The notes beneath the pieces were generated by a model. It had not been told where the DNA came from, made no database searches, and saw nothing but the letters and a program-made list of their open reading frames with translations. Positions 9,426-19,159 of a stretch of DNA of 49,556 nt are shown here, piece by piece; the stretch's first letter is position 1, and each line of letters starts with the position of its first letter. A program made the position numbers and the translations under genes. Origin of the DNA: Flavobacteriaceae bacterium (lineage in GTDB: Bacteria; Bacteroidota; Bacteroidia; Flavobacteriales_C; GCA-002722245); the NCBI GenBank assembly GCA_964230605.1, contig CAXRIN010000032.1:1-49556 (forward strand). The letters run 5' to 3'.

Positions 9426-10244
9426 AATAAAGAGGAACTATTTGAGCAAATAAAAATCAAAAAATCATTTTTGTGTGTTGGATTGGATTCTGACCCTTTA
9501 AAAATTCCCGCTTTTTTGAATGATTTTGATGATCCTGTTTTTGAATTTAATAAAAGAATCATTGATGCTACCAAAGATTATTGTGTTGCATATAAGCCCA
9601 ATATTGCCTTTTATGAAGCGCAAGGAACTAAAGGATGGGAGTCTTTACAAAAAACTTTAGATTATATTCCTGAGGATATTTTTACAATCTCTGATGCTAA
9701 AAGAGGGGATATTGGAAATACTTCGAGTTTGTATGCCAGAGCATTTTTTGAGTCAATGAATTTTGATTCTGTAACTGTAGCGCCTTACATGGGGAAAGAT
9801 TCTGTTACCCCTTTTTTAGAATATGAGCATAAATGGGTTATACTGTTAGCTTTAACGTCTAATATTGGTGGTTTGGATTTTCAAACAAAGAGATTGCAAA
9901 ATGGAGAATTTTTATTTGAAACTGTTCTCAAAAAGTCTCTTGAGTGGGGTGACGAAAATAATTTGATGTACGTGGTAGGTGCTACAAGAGCAGATTTATT
10001 AACCAAAATTCGCGCAATTGTACCCAATTCATTTTTGTTGATTCCTGGTGTTGGTGCACAAGGTGGAAGTTTGAAAGATGTAGCTGAGTTTGGGCTGAAT
10101 GATACTTGCGGACTATTAGTGAATTCTAGTCGAGGGATTATTTTCGCTTCTCAAGAAAACGATTTTGCAGAAGTTGCAAAATTGGAAGCTCAAAAGATTC
10201 AGTTAGAAATGGAGCAGCTTTTAAAAAGTAAAAAATTGATATAA
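9423..10244 (+). CDS. pyrF: Orotidine-5'-phosphate decarboxylase
   Basis: [39 protein letters not shown]; ATG 9423 preferred. Confidence 0.96.
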   Translation: MNKEELFEQIKIKKSFLCVGLDSDPLKIPAFLNDFDDPVFEFNKRIIDATKDYCVAYKPNIAFYEAQGTKGWESLQKTLDYIPEDIFTISDAKRGDIGNTSSLYARAFFESMNFDSVTVAPYMGKDSVTPFLEYEHKWVILLALTSNIGGLDFQTKRLQNGEFLFETVLKKSLEWGDENNLMYVVGATRADLLTKIRAIVPNSFLLIPGVGAQGGSLKDVAEFGLNDTCGLLVNSSRGIIFASQENDFAEVAKLEAQKIQLEMEQLLKSKKLI

Positions 10245-10293
10245 ATCAATATTTAGTTTTCTAGTCTTTTACTTTTAGTGAAAATAACTATGA

Positions 10294-11586
10294 GTGAAAG
10301 AGCATATTTTACATCTTGTTTGGAAATTTGGTTTATTAAACCAATTGAATTGTTATTCAACTGTTGGGGAAAAGATAGAAGTAGTCCACCCAGGAGTACA
10401 TAATCAGCAGGATTCAGGTCCCGATTTTCATACAGCTAAAATAAGAGTAGGGGATACATTGTGGGTTGGCAATGTAGAGATTCATGTGAAATCATCTGAT
10501 TGGTATAATCATTTGCACCATTTTGATGCTGCTTATCAAAATGTGGTGTTGCATGTTGTTTATGAAGATGATTGTGGGTTGATTGAGGGGGTGAAGAATT
10601 TGCCTGTTATTGAATTGAAAAAGTGCGTTGACCAATCTGTATGGGACAGAATTTTAGATGTTGAGAAATCTAAAAGTAAAATTCCTTGTGCGCCATGGCA
10701 AAGTGAAATTTCTGCTTTCGAATGGATTTCATGGCAAGATCGATTATTAACAGAACGCTTTGAAAGAAAAGCAAACGATGTGCTTTTGATGTATAAACTA
10801 AATCAAAAGGATTGGGGGAAAGTTGTTTTTCAACTTTTAGCAAAAAGTTTGGGTGGGACTGTGAATAAAGAGCCTTTTACCATTTTAAGTAGAGAAGTTC
10901 CAATTGAAGTTTTGCGAAAACATAGATCTGATATTCTTGCTGTAGAGAGTATTTTGTTTGGAGTTTCTGGAATGTTGAATGATCATTTTAAAGATGTATA
11001 TCCGAAAGCTTTACAACGTGAGTACCAGTTTTATAAACAAAAATTCAAATTATCTGAAATGGAGAGCTTTTGGTGGAAATGGATGCGTTTGAGACCAAGT
11101 GCTTTTCCAACAATTCAAATAGCTTTGTTGTCATCTTTGTTTCACAATTTAAATCAAATTGAAAATTTATTTGAGATAAAAGATTTCAAAACATTTAAAG
11201 TAAAGATTCAAAAGTCCACGGTGTTATCTCCATATTGGGAGAATCATTACAAATTCGATAAGCCATCTAAAGAGAAAGTTAAAAACTGGGGAGAAGATTT
11301 AATCAAACGAATTTATATAAATGCAGTTTTGCCTTATCAAATTGCCCGAAAGCTTGAAAGAAAAGAAGAGTTAAATGAAATAATATCAGAGTTTTTATTT
11401 CAATTGAAAGCTGAAGATAATAAAGTTACGAGGTATTGGTTTGAATTAGGTCTGCCAATGAAAACAGCATATGAATCTCAAGCTTTTTTGCAGCTCTACA
11501 ACGAGTATTGTTCTCAAAAAAAATGTTTAAATTGCAACATTGGATTGAAAGTCCTAAAAAGAGCCAAGTATGATCAAGTTAGTTAG
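10294..11586 (+). CDS. DUF2851 family protein
   Basis: GPDF..GNVEIH..SDWYNH.H..D.AYQNVVLHVV, RLRPSAFPT, C-terminal CSQKKCLNC; GTG start. Confidence 0.88.
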   Translation: MKEHILHLVWKFGLLNQLNCYSTVGEKIEVVHPGVHNQQDSGPDFHTAKIRVGDTLWVGNVEIHVKSSDWYNHLHHFDAAYQNVVLHVVYEDDCGLIEGVKNLPVIELKKCVDQSVWDRILDVEKSKSKIPCAPWQSEISAFEWISWQDRLLTERFERKANDVLLMYKLNQKDWGKVVFQLLAKSLGGTVNKEPFTILSREVPIEVLRKHRSDILAVESILFGVSGMLNDHFKDVYPKALQREYQFYKQKFKLSEMESFWWKWMRLRPSAFPTIQIALLSSLFHNLNQIENLFEIKDFKTFKVKIQKSTVLSPYWENHYKFDKPSKEKVKNWGEDLIKRIYINAVLPYQIARKLERKEELNEIISEFLFQLKAEDNKVTRYWFELGLPMKTAYESQAFLQLYNEYCSQKKCLNCNIGLKVLKRAKYDQVS

Positions 11587-11797
11587 GAAAGTTCTTGAAA
11601 AAAATATTTTTGGTGTTTGCCAATGGTGGGGGGAGAAGCTAGGAATGAGATCATCCCGAATCAGACTTTATTTTATCTATTTATCATGCGTAACAGTAGC
11701 CTCTCCTATAATTGCTTATTTAATTATGGCTTTTGTTTTGGAGCATAAAGATCTCATTAAGGAAGGATTCAGAAGAAAAAGAGTTTGGGATCTATAA
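11570..11797 (+). CDS. PspC-domain small membrane protein
   Basis: FGVC..GEKLG....IRLYFIY followed by a TM helix. Confidence 0.85.
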   Translation: MIKLVRKVLEKNIFGVCQWWGEKLGMRSSRIRLYFIYLSCVTVASPIIAYLIMAFVLEHKDLIKEGFRRKRVWDL

Positions 11798-11806
11798 AAA
11801 GTTGTT

Positions 11807-12826
11807 GTGAGGAATTTCGCGAGGTTTAAAAACATCATTTTTTCTTTTTTCTTTCTCCTTCTAGTCTTAGTTATTGGAGTTGTTGGTTTTAAGGTTTTAG
11901 AGCCAAGGTATACCTTGCTGGAAGCGGTTTACATGACTATCATAACAATAGCTACTGTTGGTTATCGAGAAATTTATGAGCCAACGCAAGGGACAATGAT
12001 ATTTATTTCCCTTCTAATTGTTACAAGTTTTGGTACATTTGCTTATGCGGTTTCGGCTATTTCAGCCTATATAATAGATGGGGAATTTAGAGAGTATTTT
12101 AAAGAGTATAAAGTCAAAGCAGTTGTGAATAAATTAAAAGGACATGTTGTGATATGTGGTTACGGAAGAAATGGATCCCAAGCTGTTGCCGTAATGGAGA
12201 AACATAAGCAGCCGTACGTTGTTATTGAGAATAACCCAATTTCCATAGAGGATTTAAAAAGGTTTAATCCAGAAGCGCTTTTAGTAGTTGGAGACGCAAC
12301 ACATGATGAAGTGCTTTTAGAAGCGGGTATTGAAAAAGCAAAGTCTTTAATTACCACTTTACCTAGTGATTCCAATAATTTGTTTGTTGTCCTTTCAGCA
12401 AGATCATTGAATAATAACTTGAAAATAATAAGTAGAGCTTCTGAAGATAATTCTGATAAAAAACTTAGAATTGCTGGAGCTGACAATGTGATAATGCCCG
12501 ATAAAATAGGTGGGGCTCACATGGCTTCTTTAGTTATGAAGCCTGATATTATTGAATTCATGGATTATATTTCGGCTCAAGGTCAAATAGATATTAATCT
12601 TGAGGAAATTAGTTTTGACGAATTGCCTGAAAAGTATAAAAATAAGAGTATTACCGAAATTGGGATCAGACAACTGACTGGTGCCAATATTATAGGTTTG
12701 AAGGGGCCAGAAGGTGATTTTGTAATTAATCCAAAACCAGATACATTAATTACATCAAAAATTAAAATGTTTGTTCTTGGGACACCGGATCAAATAGCAA
12801 AGCTTAAAGAATTATTTCAAGTATAG
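11807..12826 (+). CDS. Potassium channel protein with RCK (TrkA-N/TrkA-C) domains
   Basis: 2TM plus pore (TIATVGYRE), HVVICGYGRNG, GDAT, AGADNVI. Confidence 0.9.
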   Translation: MRNFARFKNIIFSFFFLLLVLVIGVVGFKVLEPRYTLLEAVYMTIITIATVGYREIYEPTQGTMIFISLLIVTSFGTFAYAVSAISAYIIDGEFREYFKEYKVKAVVNKLKGHVVICGYGRNGSQAVAVMEKHKQPYVVIENNPISIEDLKRFNPEALLVVGDATHDEVLLEAGIEKAKSLITTLPSDSNNLFVVLSARSLNNNLKIISRASEDNSDKKLRIAGADNVIMPDKIGGAHMASLVMKPDIIEFMDYISAQGQIDINLEEISFDELPEKYKNKSITEIGIRQLTGANIIGLKGPEGDFVINPKPDTLITSKIKMFVLGTPDQIAKLKELFQV

Positions 12827-12833
12827 ATTTAGT

Positions 12834-13751
12834 ATGAAAAAAGTATTAATAACAGGATCAAACGGATTATTAGGGCAAAAGCTTATTTATCAGTTGGTAG
12901 GTTATCCAAATTTTCAAGTTTTCGCTACCTCAAGAGGAGAAAACAGAACTATGCTGAAAAAGAGATATGAATATATTCCCTTGGATATTACTGACGAAAC
13001 GGAGGTGAATGAGACTTTTGATTTTGTTAAGCCTGATATCGTTATTAATACCGCTGCGATGACAAATGTTGATGCATGCGAAGAAGATAAAGAGGGGTGT
13101 TGGGAACTGAACGTGGATGCAGTACAGTATTTGGTAAATGCGTGTGAAAAACATAAAACGCATCTAATTCATGTTTCAACTGACTTTATTTTTGATGGGG
13201 AAGATGGCCCTTACAGCGAGGATGCTGAACCCAAACCTTTAAGTTATTACGGGGAATCTAAAGTAGCTGCTGAAGAAATAGTGAAGAAAGCAAAGTGTAA
13301 ATGGGCTATAGCGAGAACCGTTTTAGTTTATGGTGTGGTTGATAATATGAGTAGATCAAACATAGTGTTGTGGGCTAAAGGAGCTTTGGAAACAGGTAAG
13401 GAGTTAACTGTTGTTGATGATCAATTCAGAACTCCTACTTTAGCAGAAGACTTGGCTCATGGATGTATATTAATAGCTCAAAAAGGTGCTGAGGGGATTT
13501 ACAATATTTCAGGAGAGGAGTATATGTGTATTATCGATTTGGTAAAAAGGGTTGCCAAATTTTACGGGTTGGATGAAAATTTGGTAAAGCCAGTTTCAAG
13601 TAGTACCTTAAATCAAAGAGCAAAACGACCTCCAAAAACTGGTTTTATTTTAGACAAAGCGAAAAAAGATCTGGGGTATAAACCTTCTACTTTCGAGGAA
13701 GGGTTAAGTATTGTTGATCTCCAGTTGTTTGCAGGCGAATCAGAATCTTAG
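12834..13751 (+). CDS. RmlD-like SDR oxidoreductase (dTDP-4-dehydrorhamnose reductase family)
   Basis: ITGSNGLLG, STDFIFDG, YGESK, DDQFRTPT. Confidence 0.85.
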   Translation: MKKVLITGSNGLLGQKLIYQLVGYPNFQVFATSRGENRTMLKKRYEYIPLDITDETEVNETFDFVKPDIVINTAAMTNVDACEEDKEGCWELNVDAVQYLVNACEKHKTHLIHVSTDFIFDGEDGPYSEDAEPKPLSYYGESKVAAEEIVKKAKCKWAIARTVLVYGVVDNMSRSNIVLWAKGALETGKELTVVDDQFRTPTLAEDLAHGCILIAQKGAEGIYNISGEEYMCIIDLVKRVAKFYGLDENLVKPVSSSTLNQRAKRPPKTGFILDKAKKDLGYKPSTFEEGLSIVDLQLFAGESES

Positions 13752-13754
13752 AAT

Positions 13755-15341
13755 ATGAGAAAAATTTTATCACTGGCGCTTTTTATAGCGCCTTTTTCAG
13801 TTTTTGCTGCAGGTGAAAATGAAGGATTAATAGAAAAATTAAATGCTGATATAAATGGTGCAATCGCTGGATTTGTTTACGAATATGTTGTACCTATCGT
13901 TTTTTATTCAATTGAATTTGAAGATGTAAGTATTCCTTTAGTTTTAGTTTGGTTAATAGCAGGTGCCGTATTTTTTACGGTTTACTTTAGGTTTATAAAT
14001 TTTAGAGGATTTAAGTATGCAATAAATTTAATTAGAGGTAAATATGATTTGCCTGGTGAAACAAAAAACTGGGATGGGGATGATGTAGTTGATTTACCAA
14101 AAAATCTAAAGGCAGAAGGACAGGTTTCTCATTTTCAAGCCTTGACTACAGCTCTTTCAGGAACTGTTGGACTTGGTAATATAGCGGGTGTTGCTGTTGC
14201 AATTTCAGCTGGAGGTCCAGGAGCTACATTTTGGATGATTATTGCTGGATTACTTGGTATGTCTTCTAAATTTGTTGAATGTACTTTAGGAGTTAAGTAC
14301 AGAAAGGTTAAATCAAATGGTGAGGTTTCTGGTGGCCCAATGTATTATTTATCTGAAGGTCTTAAAGAAAAAGGTTTAAAGGGGTTTGGTACCGTTTTAG
14401 CAATCTTTTTTTCAATTATGTGTATAGGTGGCTCATTTGGAGGTGGGAATATGTTTCAAGCTAATCAAGCAACAGCTCAGTTTACTCAACTTTCGATATT
14501 CGAGGGTACTTTCATTGCAGAAACAACAGGTTCAGTTTTTTTTGGAGTTATTATGGCTGTATCTGTAGGAATTGTGATTATTGGTGGGATTAAAAGTATT
14601 GCTAAAGTTACCGATAAGATTGTTCCATTTATGTGTGGAATGTATGTCTTTTGCGCACTTGTAGTATTAGGTGCTCATGTTGAGCAAATTCCGAAAGCTT
14701 TTTCTGATATATTGAGTGGCGCATTTTCTCCGGGTGCTATGTTTGGTGGTTTTCTGGGAGTTTTAATTCAAGGGTTTAAAAGGGCTGCTTTTTCTAACGA
14801 AGCAGGTGTTGGGTCTGCAGCAATCGCTCATTCAGCTGTTCAAACAGACGAACCGGTTACAGAAGGGCTTGTCGCCTTATTGGAGCCTTTTATCGATACT
14901 GTTCTTGTTTGTACAATGACAGCTTTGGTTTTAGTTATTACAGGTGTTTATGAAGATTCTACGGTAGAAGGTGTGGCTATGACTGCTAAAGGATTTGAAA
15001 GTGTGTTTGGGGCAGGGGCAAGCTTTATTTTAGCTGTTGCCGTTATATTGTTTGCTTTTTCAACTATGATTTCATGGAGTTATTATGGATTGAAATCGTG
15101 GACTTTTATTTTTGGAGATGGGAAATACTCAGAATTAACTTACAAAATTATTTTTTGTGTCATGATTGTGATTGGTTCAATTTTAACTCTTGGTGCAGTA
15201 GTCGACTTTTCAGATTCTATGATTTTTGCTATGTGTTTTCCTAATCTTATAGGTTTGTATATTCTTAGTCCTGTTGTTCGAAATGAACTCAATTTATTTA
15301 TTTCTAAAATTAAGAGAGGACAAATTAGAAGTGAATTGTAA
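13755..15341 (+). CDS. Alanine/glycine:cation symporter (AGCS family)
   Basis: TVGLGNIAGVA, GGPGATFW, GGPMYYL, FSNEAG.GS, PFIDT. Confidence 0.93.
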   Translation: MRKILSLALFIAPFSVFAAGENEGLIEKLNADINGAIAGFVYEYVVPIVFYSIEFEDVSIPLVLVWLIAGAVFFTVYFRFINFRGFKYAINLIRGKYDLPGETKNWDGDDVVDLPKNLKAEGQVSHFQALTTALSGTVGLGNIAGVAVAISAGGPGATFWMIIAGLLGMSSKFVECTLGVKYRKVKSNGEVSGGPMYYLSEGLKEKGLKGFGTVLAIFFSIMCIGGSFGGGNMFQANQATAQFTQLSIFEGTFIAETTGSVFFGVIMAVSVGIVIIGGIKSIAKVTDKIVPFMCGMYVFCALVVLGAHVEQIPKAFSDILSGAFSPGAMFGGFLGVLIQGFKRAAFSNEAGVGSAAIAHSAVQTDEPVTEGLVALLEPFIDTVLVCTMTALVLVITGVYEDSTVEGVAMTAKGFESVFGAGASFILAVAVILFAFSTMISWSYYGLKSWTFIFGDGKYSELTYKIIFCVMIVIGSILTLGAVVDFSDSMIFAMCFPNLIGLYILSPVVRNELNLFISKIKRGQIRSEL

Positions 15342-16163
15342 ATGAAGTTCTTCCAGTTAACACGCAATGAAAGGTTAGGGTTAGTTGGAATTGTTATAAT
15401 TCTACTTATAATAACTATTTATAGATATTTTGATACTCGCTTAGAATATACTTATATCCGTGTTTCAATTGAAAACCATTCTTTTGAATCTGCAGATTCT
15501 TTAAATCAAATTCATGATAAAACTCCAGATAAATTTGATTTAAGAAAATCAAAAGAAAAGAGTTTAAAGATTCATCCGTTCGAGAAGTTTGATCCAAATA
15601 AAGTTGATTCAGCCTATTGGAGTTCTATAGGATTCGACTCTAAAATGTCTATGAGGTTAACACGTTTTTCTTCTCGAGGGAAAAGAATAGAATCGGTTGA
15701 TGATTTATCAAGAGTATATGGGATGAAGAATGAATGGTTGATAGATTTAGAAGAATATATTAAAGTTACACCATTTCAAATTGATATTAATACCGCTTCA
15801 TTAGAGGAATTTGAGGAGATTAACGGCATAGGTTCAAAGCTTTCTTATAGAATTGTGAAATTTAGAGAGAAATTAGGTGGTTTTTCAGGTGTTCAACAGC
15901 TATATTTAGTTTACGGGTTGGATTCTAATTTAATTAAGAATAACATTCATACGTTTAAAATTGAGAAACCTCATTACTTATTAGATGTTAACACCGAGAC
16001 TTTAAATAATTTATCAAGTCATCCTTTTATTGGAAGAACTCAAGCTGAAGAGATTATTAGTATAAGATCAGTAAATGGATTGATTGATTCTACTTCACTT
16101 CGAAATATCTTTACAAGTGAGGAGTGGCAAAATGTAAGTGATTACTTGAAATGGAAGAATTAG
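15342..16163 (+). CDS. ComEA-like helix-hairpin-helix DNA-binding protein
   Basis: N-terminal TM; IDINTAS..F..INGIG.KLS.RIVKFR..LGGF; repeated HhH units. Confidence 0.85.
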   Translation: MKFFQLTRNERLGLVGIVIILLIITIYRYFDTRLEYTYIRVSIENHSFESADSLNQIHDKTPDKFDLRKSKEKSLKIHPFEKFDPNKVDSAYWSSIGFDSKMSMRLTRFSSRGKRIESVDDLSRVYGMKNEWLIDLEEYIKVTPFQIDINTASLEEFEEINGIGSKLSYRIVKFREKLGGFSGVQQLYLVYGLDSNLIKNNIHTFKIEKPHYLLDVNTETLNNLSSHPFIGRTQAEEIISIRSVNGLIDSTSLRNIFTSEEWQNVSDYLKWKN

Positions 16164-16684
16164 AAAAAGAGGTAAAGAATGTAATAAGGGATGTTCATGA
16201 TTTCCCAAAGGAAGGAATAGTTTTTAAGGATATAACTACTTTGCTTTCGAATCCGGATTTGAATCAGAAAGTTCAAGAAGCTTTTATAAAAGAGGCAGAT
16301 AAACTCGATGCTGACGTTATTGTGGGGATTGATAGTAGGGGATTTCTTTATGGAAATACAATCGCTTCTAAATTGGGAATTCCATTTGTTCCTGTTCGTA
16401 AAAAAGGAAAACTACCATATGAAACAATCCAGAGTTCTTATCAACTTGAATACGGAGAAGCTGTTTTGGAAATCCATACTGATTCCATAAGTAAAGGTCA
16501 AAAAGTATTGATCCATGATGACCTCTTAGCTACTGGCGGTACTGCGTACGCAACTGCTGAATTAGTAGAACGGCTTGGAGGAGAGATTGTAGGGTTTTCA
16601 TTTATTATAGATTTATCCTTTTTAAATGGCGCAGATAAACTGTTAGAAAAATCAGATAACCTATTTGCCATTGCAACGTACTAG
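16151..16684 (+). CDS. apt: Adenine phosphoribosyltransferase
   Basis: DFPKEGIVFKDIT, SRGF, RKKGKLP, LEYG, DDLLATGGT. Confidence 0.96.
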   Translation: MEELEKEVKNVIRDVHDFPKEGIVFKDITTLLSNPDLNQKVQEAFIKEADKLDADVIVGIDSRGFLYGNTIASKLGIPFVPVRKKGKLPYETIQSSYQLEYGEAVLEIHTDSISKGQKVLIHDDLLATGGTAYATAELVERLGGEIVGFSFIIDLSFLNGADKLLEKSDNLFAIATY

Positions 16685-16709
16685 GTAAACATTATTAAAA
16701 TTAGTTACT

Positions 16710-17849
16710 ATGAGATTTGGAACAACTGAAAATCAGCAAATGATTGCAGAAATGTTGAAGTCATTTGGCGAACAACATATTCGTCCATTTATGATGGATT
16801 GGGACGAAAAACAAACATTTCCAGTTGATTTATTTAGAAAGTTAGGTGAGTTAGGTTGTATGGGGGTTTTGGTTCCAGAAAAATATGGAGGTGCAGGTTT
16901 TGGATATAGTGAATATGTAACTACAGTTGTTGAAATCGCTAAAATTTGTGGTTCTATTGGTCTTTCAGTTGCAGCGCACAATAGTTTATGTACCAATCAT
17001 ATTTTAATGTTTGGTAGTGATGAGCAGAAGGAGAAATATTTGCCAAAACTTGCTTCGGGTGAACATATAGGAGCTTGGGGGTTAACAGAGCCTAATACAG
17101 GTAGCGATGCTGGAAATATGCAAACAACTGCAGTAAGAGATGGTGACCATTGGATATTAAATGGTAGTAAGAACTTTATCACTCATGGTATTTCTGGGGA
17201 AATTGCTGTGGTTATGACTAGAACGGGGGATCCTAGAACAAAAAATAACTCAACAGCTTTTATTGTTGAAAGAGGGACGCCTGGTTTTTCAGGCGGTAAA
17301 AAAGAAGATAAATTAGGGATGAGAGCATCTGAAACAGCTGAAATGGTTTTTCAAGATTGTCGAATTCCTGATTCTCAGAGGTTGGGTGAAGTAGGAGATG
17401 GATTTAAACAAGCACTGTCTATACTTGATGGAGGAAGAATTTCGATAGCCGCTTTATCTTTAGGGATAGCAAAAGGTGCTTTTGAAGCAGCTTTAAAATA
17501 TTCACAAGAAAGAGAACAGTTTGGTAAACCGATTTCATCTTTTCAAGGTATTTCATTCAAGCTAGCTGATATGGCTACAGAAATTGAAGCTGCGGAATTA
17601 TTAATAATGAATGCGGTGTTCAGGAAATCCAATGGGTTGAAATTATCGAAAGAAAGCGCTATGGCAAAGTTATATGCTTCAGAAGTTGCTGTGAGAACAG
17701 CAAATGAAGCGGTACAAATATTCGGCGGTTACGGGTATATTAAAGATTTTCCCGCTGAGAAGTATTTCAGAGATGCTAAACTTTGTACAATTGGAGAAGG
17801 TACATCTGAAATTCAAAAATTGGTTATTTCAAGAGAGTTATTAAAATAA
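16710..17849 (+). CDS. Acyl-CoA dehydrogenase
   Basis: LTEPNTGSD, NGSKNFIT, REQFGKPI, FGGYGY, IGEGTSEIQ. Confidence 0.95.
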   Translation: MRFGTTENQQMIAEMLKSFGEQHIRPFMMDWDEKQTFPVDLFRKLGELGCMGVLVPEKYGGAGFGYSEYVTTVVEIAKICGSIGLSVAAHNSLCTNHILMFGSDEQKEKYLPKLASGEHIGAWGLTEPNTGSDAGNMQTTAVRDGDHWILNGSKNFITHGISGEIAVVMTRTGDPRTKNNSTAFIVERGTPGFSGGKKEDKLGMRASETAEMVFQDCRIPDSQRLGEVGDGFKQALSILDGGRISIAALSLGIAKGAFEAALKYSQEREQFGKPISSFQGISFKLADMATEIEAAELLIMNAVFRKSNGLKLSKESAMAKLYASEVAVRTANEAVQIFGGYGYIKDFPAEKYFRDAKLCTIGEGTSEIQKLVISRELLK

Positions 17850-17874
17850 CTTTAGAAAAGTTAATAGAAATTTT

Positions 17875-17897
17875 GCCCAGCTTTGCTGGGCTTTTTT
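17875..17897 (+). terminator. Intrinsic terminator
   Basis: GCCCAGC-TTT-GCTGGGC followed by TTTTTT. Confidence 0.8.
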
Positions 17898-17920
17898 ATG
17901 TTTTGATGAAAAAAGTGAAA

Positions 17921-17955
17921 AACTTTGAACTTTGAACTTTGAACTTATAACTTTG
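17921..17955. repeat. Heptamer tandem repeat (AACTTTG)x5
   Basis: AACTTTG AACTTTG AACTTTG AACTTAT AACTTTG. Confidence 0.9.
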
Positions 17956-17968
17956 TTATGTATCTTTG
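17938..17968 (+). promoter_or_regulatory. Bacteroidota sigma-A promoter of rpsU
   Basis: TTTG (17938-41), 19-nt spacer, TATCTTTG (17961-68): the canonical -33/-7 consensus. Confidence 0.75.
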
Positions 17969-17994
17969 TCCTCCGATTTTTAAAAAGATATAAA

Positions 17995-18192
17995 ATGTTA
18001 GTTATTCAAGTTAAAGAAGGCGATAATATCGAAAGAGCTTTAAAAAAGTACAAGCGTAAGTTTGAAAGAACTAAAACTTTACGTGAGTTGAGAGCTCGTA
18101 AGACTTACACTAAGCCTGCTATTGCTAACAGAGAAGCTCGTAAAAAAGCTGTTTACGTTGAAGCAATGAAAAGATTAGCTGACGGGGAATAG
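17995..18192 (+). CDS. rpsU: 30S ribosomal protein bS21
   Basis: MLVIQVKEGDNIERALKKYKRK..ELRARKTYTKP; ATG 17995. Confidence 0.95.
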   Translation: MLVIQVKEGDNIERALKKYKRKFERTKTLRELRARKTYTKPAIANREARKKAVYVEAMKRLADGE

Positions 18193-18221
18193 TCTTCAGC
18201 TGACTTTTAAGATATTTTATT

Positions 18222-18271
18222 AAATAGGAAGAAACCATCATTTTTAAAATTGATGGTTTCTTCCTATTTTT
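18222..18271 (+). terminator. Long inverted repeat / terminator between rpsU and xerC
   Basis: 19-bp perfect stem AAATAGGAAGAAACCATCA / TGATGGTTTCTTCCTATTT with a 10-nt loop and T tail. Confidence 0.75.
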
Positions 18272-18277
18272 AGTTTT

Positions 18278-19147
18278 ATGCATATCGATGATTTCTTAAA
18301 TTTTGTATCCAAAGAAAAGAGATATTCCCATCATACTATAAAGGGTTACAAAAACGATTTGCTCGAATTTTCTGATTACGCTCATAAATATTTTGGTTCT
18401 TCCATTGAAACCGTTAACCATAGGGTTGTTAGATCATGGTTTGCTCAAATGATGGAAGAAGGGTTTAAACCTCGAAGTATTCATAGGAAATCGTCCTCTT
18501 TAAAGTCTTTTTTTAAATTTCTGCTAACTAGAGGCATAATTTCAAAAAGTCCAATGGACCTCGTTCCATTACCTAAACTTGATAAAAAGTTACCTAAATT
18601 CGTTGAGGAAAAAAGTTTAAATGTTTTACTAGAAGAATTGGAGTTTTCAGAAGATTTTGAAGGTAAGCGTGATAAATTAATTATTGATCTATTTTATCAA
18701 ACAGGAATAAGGCAAGCTGAATTAATTGGTCTTAAAGTTTTGGATGTAGATCATCAGTTAAAGCAGATAAAAGTTTTAGGAAAAAGAAATAAAGAGAGAA
18801 TTATTCCAATCTCGAGTAAATTACTTGAAACTATTGAAGAATATAAGGCGTATAGAATGTCCAGCTCTGAACCAAACCTATTGTTGACGTCAACTGGAAA
18901 AAAACTCTATCCAAAGTTGGTATATAATATAGTTAACTACAGCCTTTCAAAAGTTACGACGCTATCACAACGTAGTCCACATGTTTTACGACATAGTTTT
19001 GCTACGCACATGCTTAATGCTGGAGCAGAGTTAAACTCTATTAAAGAATTGTTAGGACATGTAAATCTTTCGGCAACGCAAGTTTATACTCACAACTCTA
19101 TGGAGAAAATTAAATCAATTTATAAACAAGCCCACCCTAGGGCGTAA
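18278..19147 (+). CDS. xerC: Tyrosine recombinase XerC-type
   Basis: TGIRQAEL, GKRNKER, HVLRHSFATH, LLGH, TQVYTH; rpsU-xerC-hpf context. Confidence 0.88.
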   Translation: MHIDDFLNFVSKEKRYSHHTIKGYKNDLLEFSDYAHKYFGSSIETVNHRVVRSWFAQMMEEGFKPRSIHRKSSSLKSFFKFLLTRGIISKSPMDLVPLPKLDKKLPKFVEEKSLNVLLEELEFSEDFEGKRDKLIIDLFYQTGIRQAELIGLKVLDVDHQLKQIKVLGKRNKERIIPISSKLLETIEEYKAYRMSSSEPNLLLTSTGKKLYPKLVYNIVNYSLSKVTTLSQRSPHVLRHSFATHMLNAGAELNSIKELLGHVNLSATQVYTHNSMEKIKSIYKQAHPRA

Positions 19148-19159
19148 AACTAAAAAGTT

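Noticed and set aside
12834-13751. RmlD-like gene as part of a rhamnose or O-antigen cluster
   Set aside because: No rmlABC or glycosyltransferase genes nearby, so no gene symbol was assigned.
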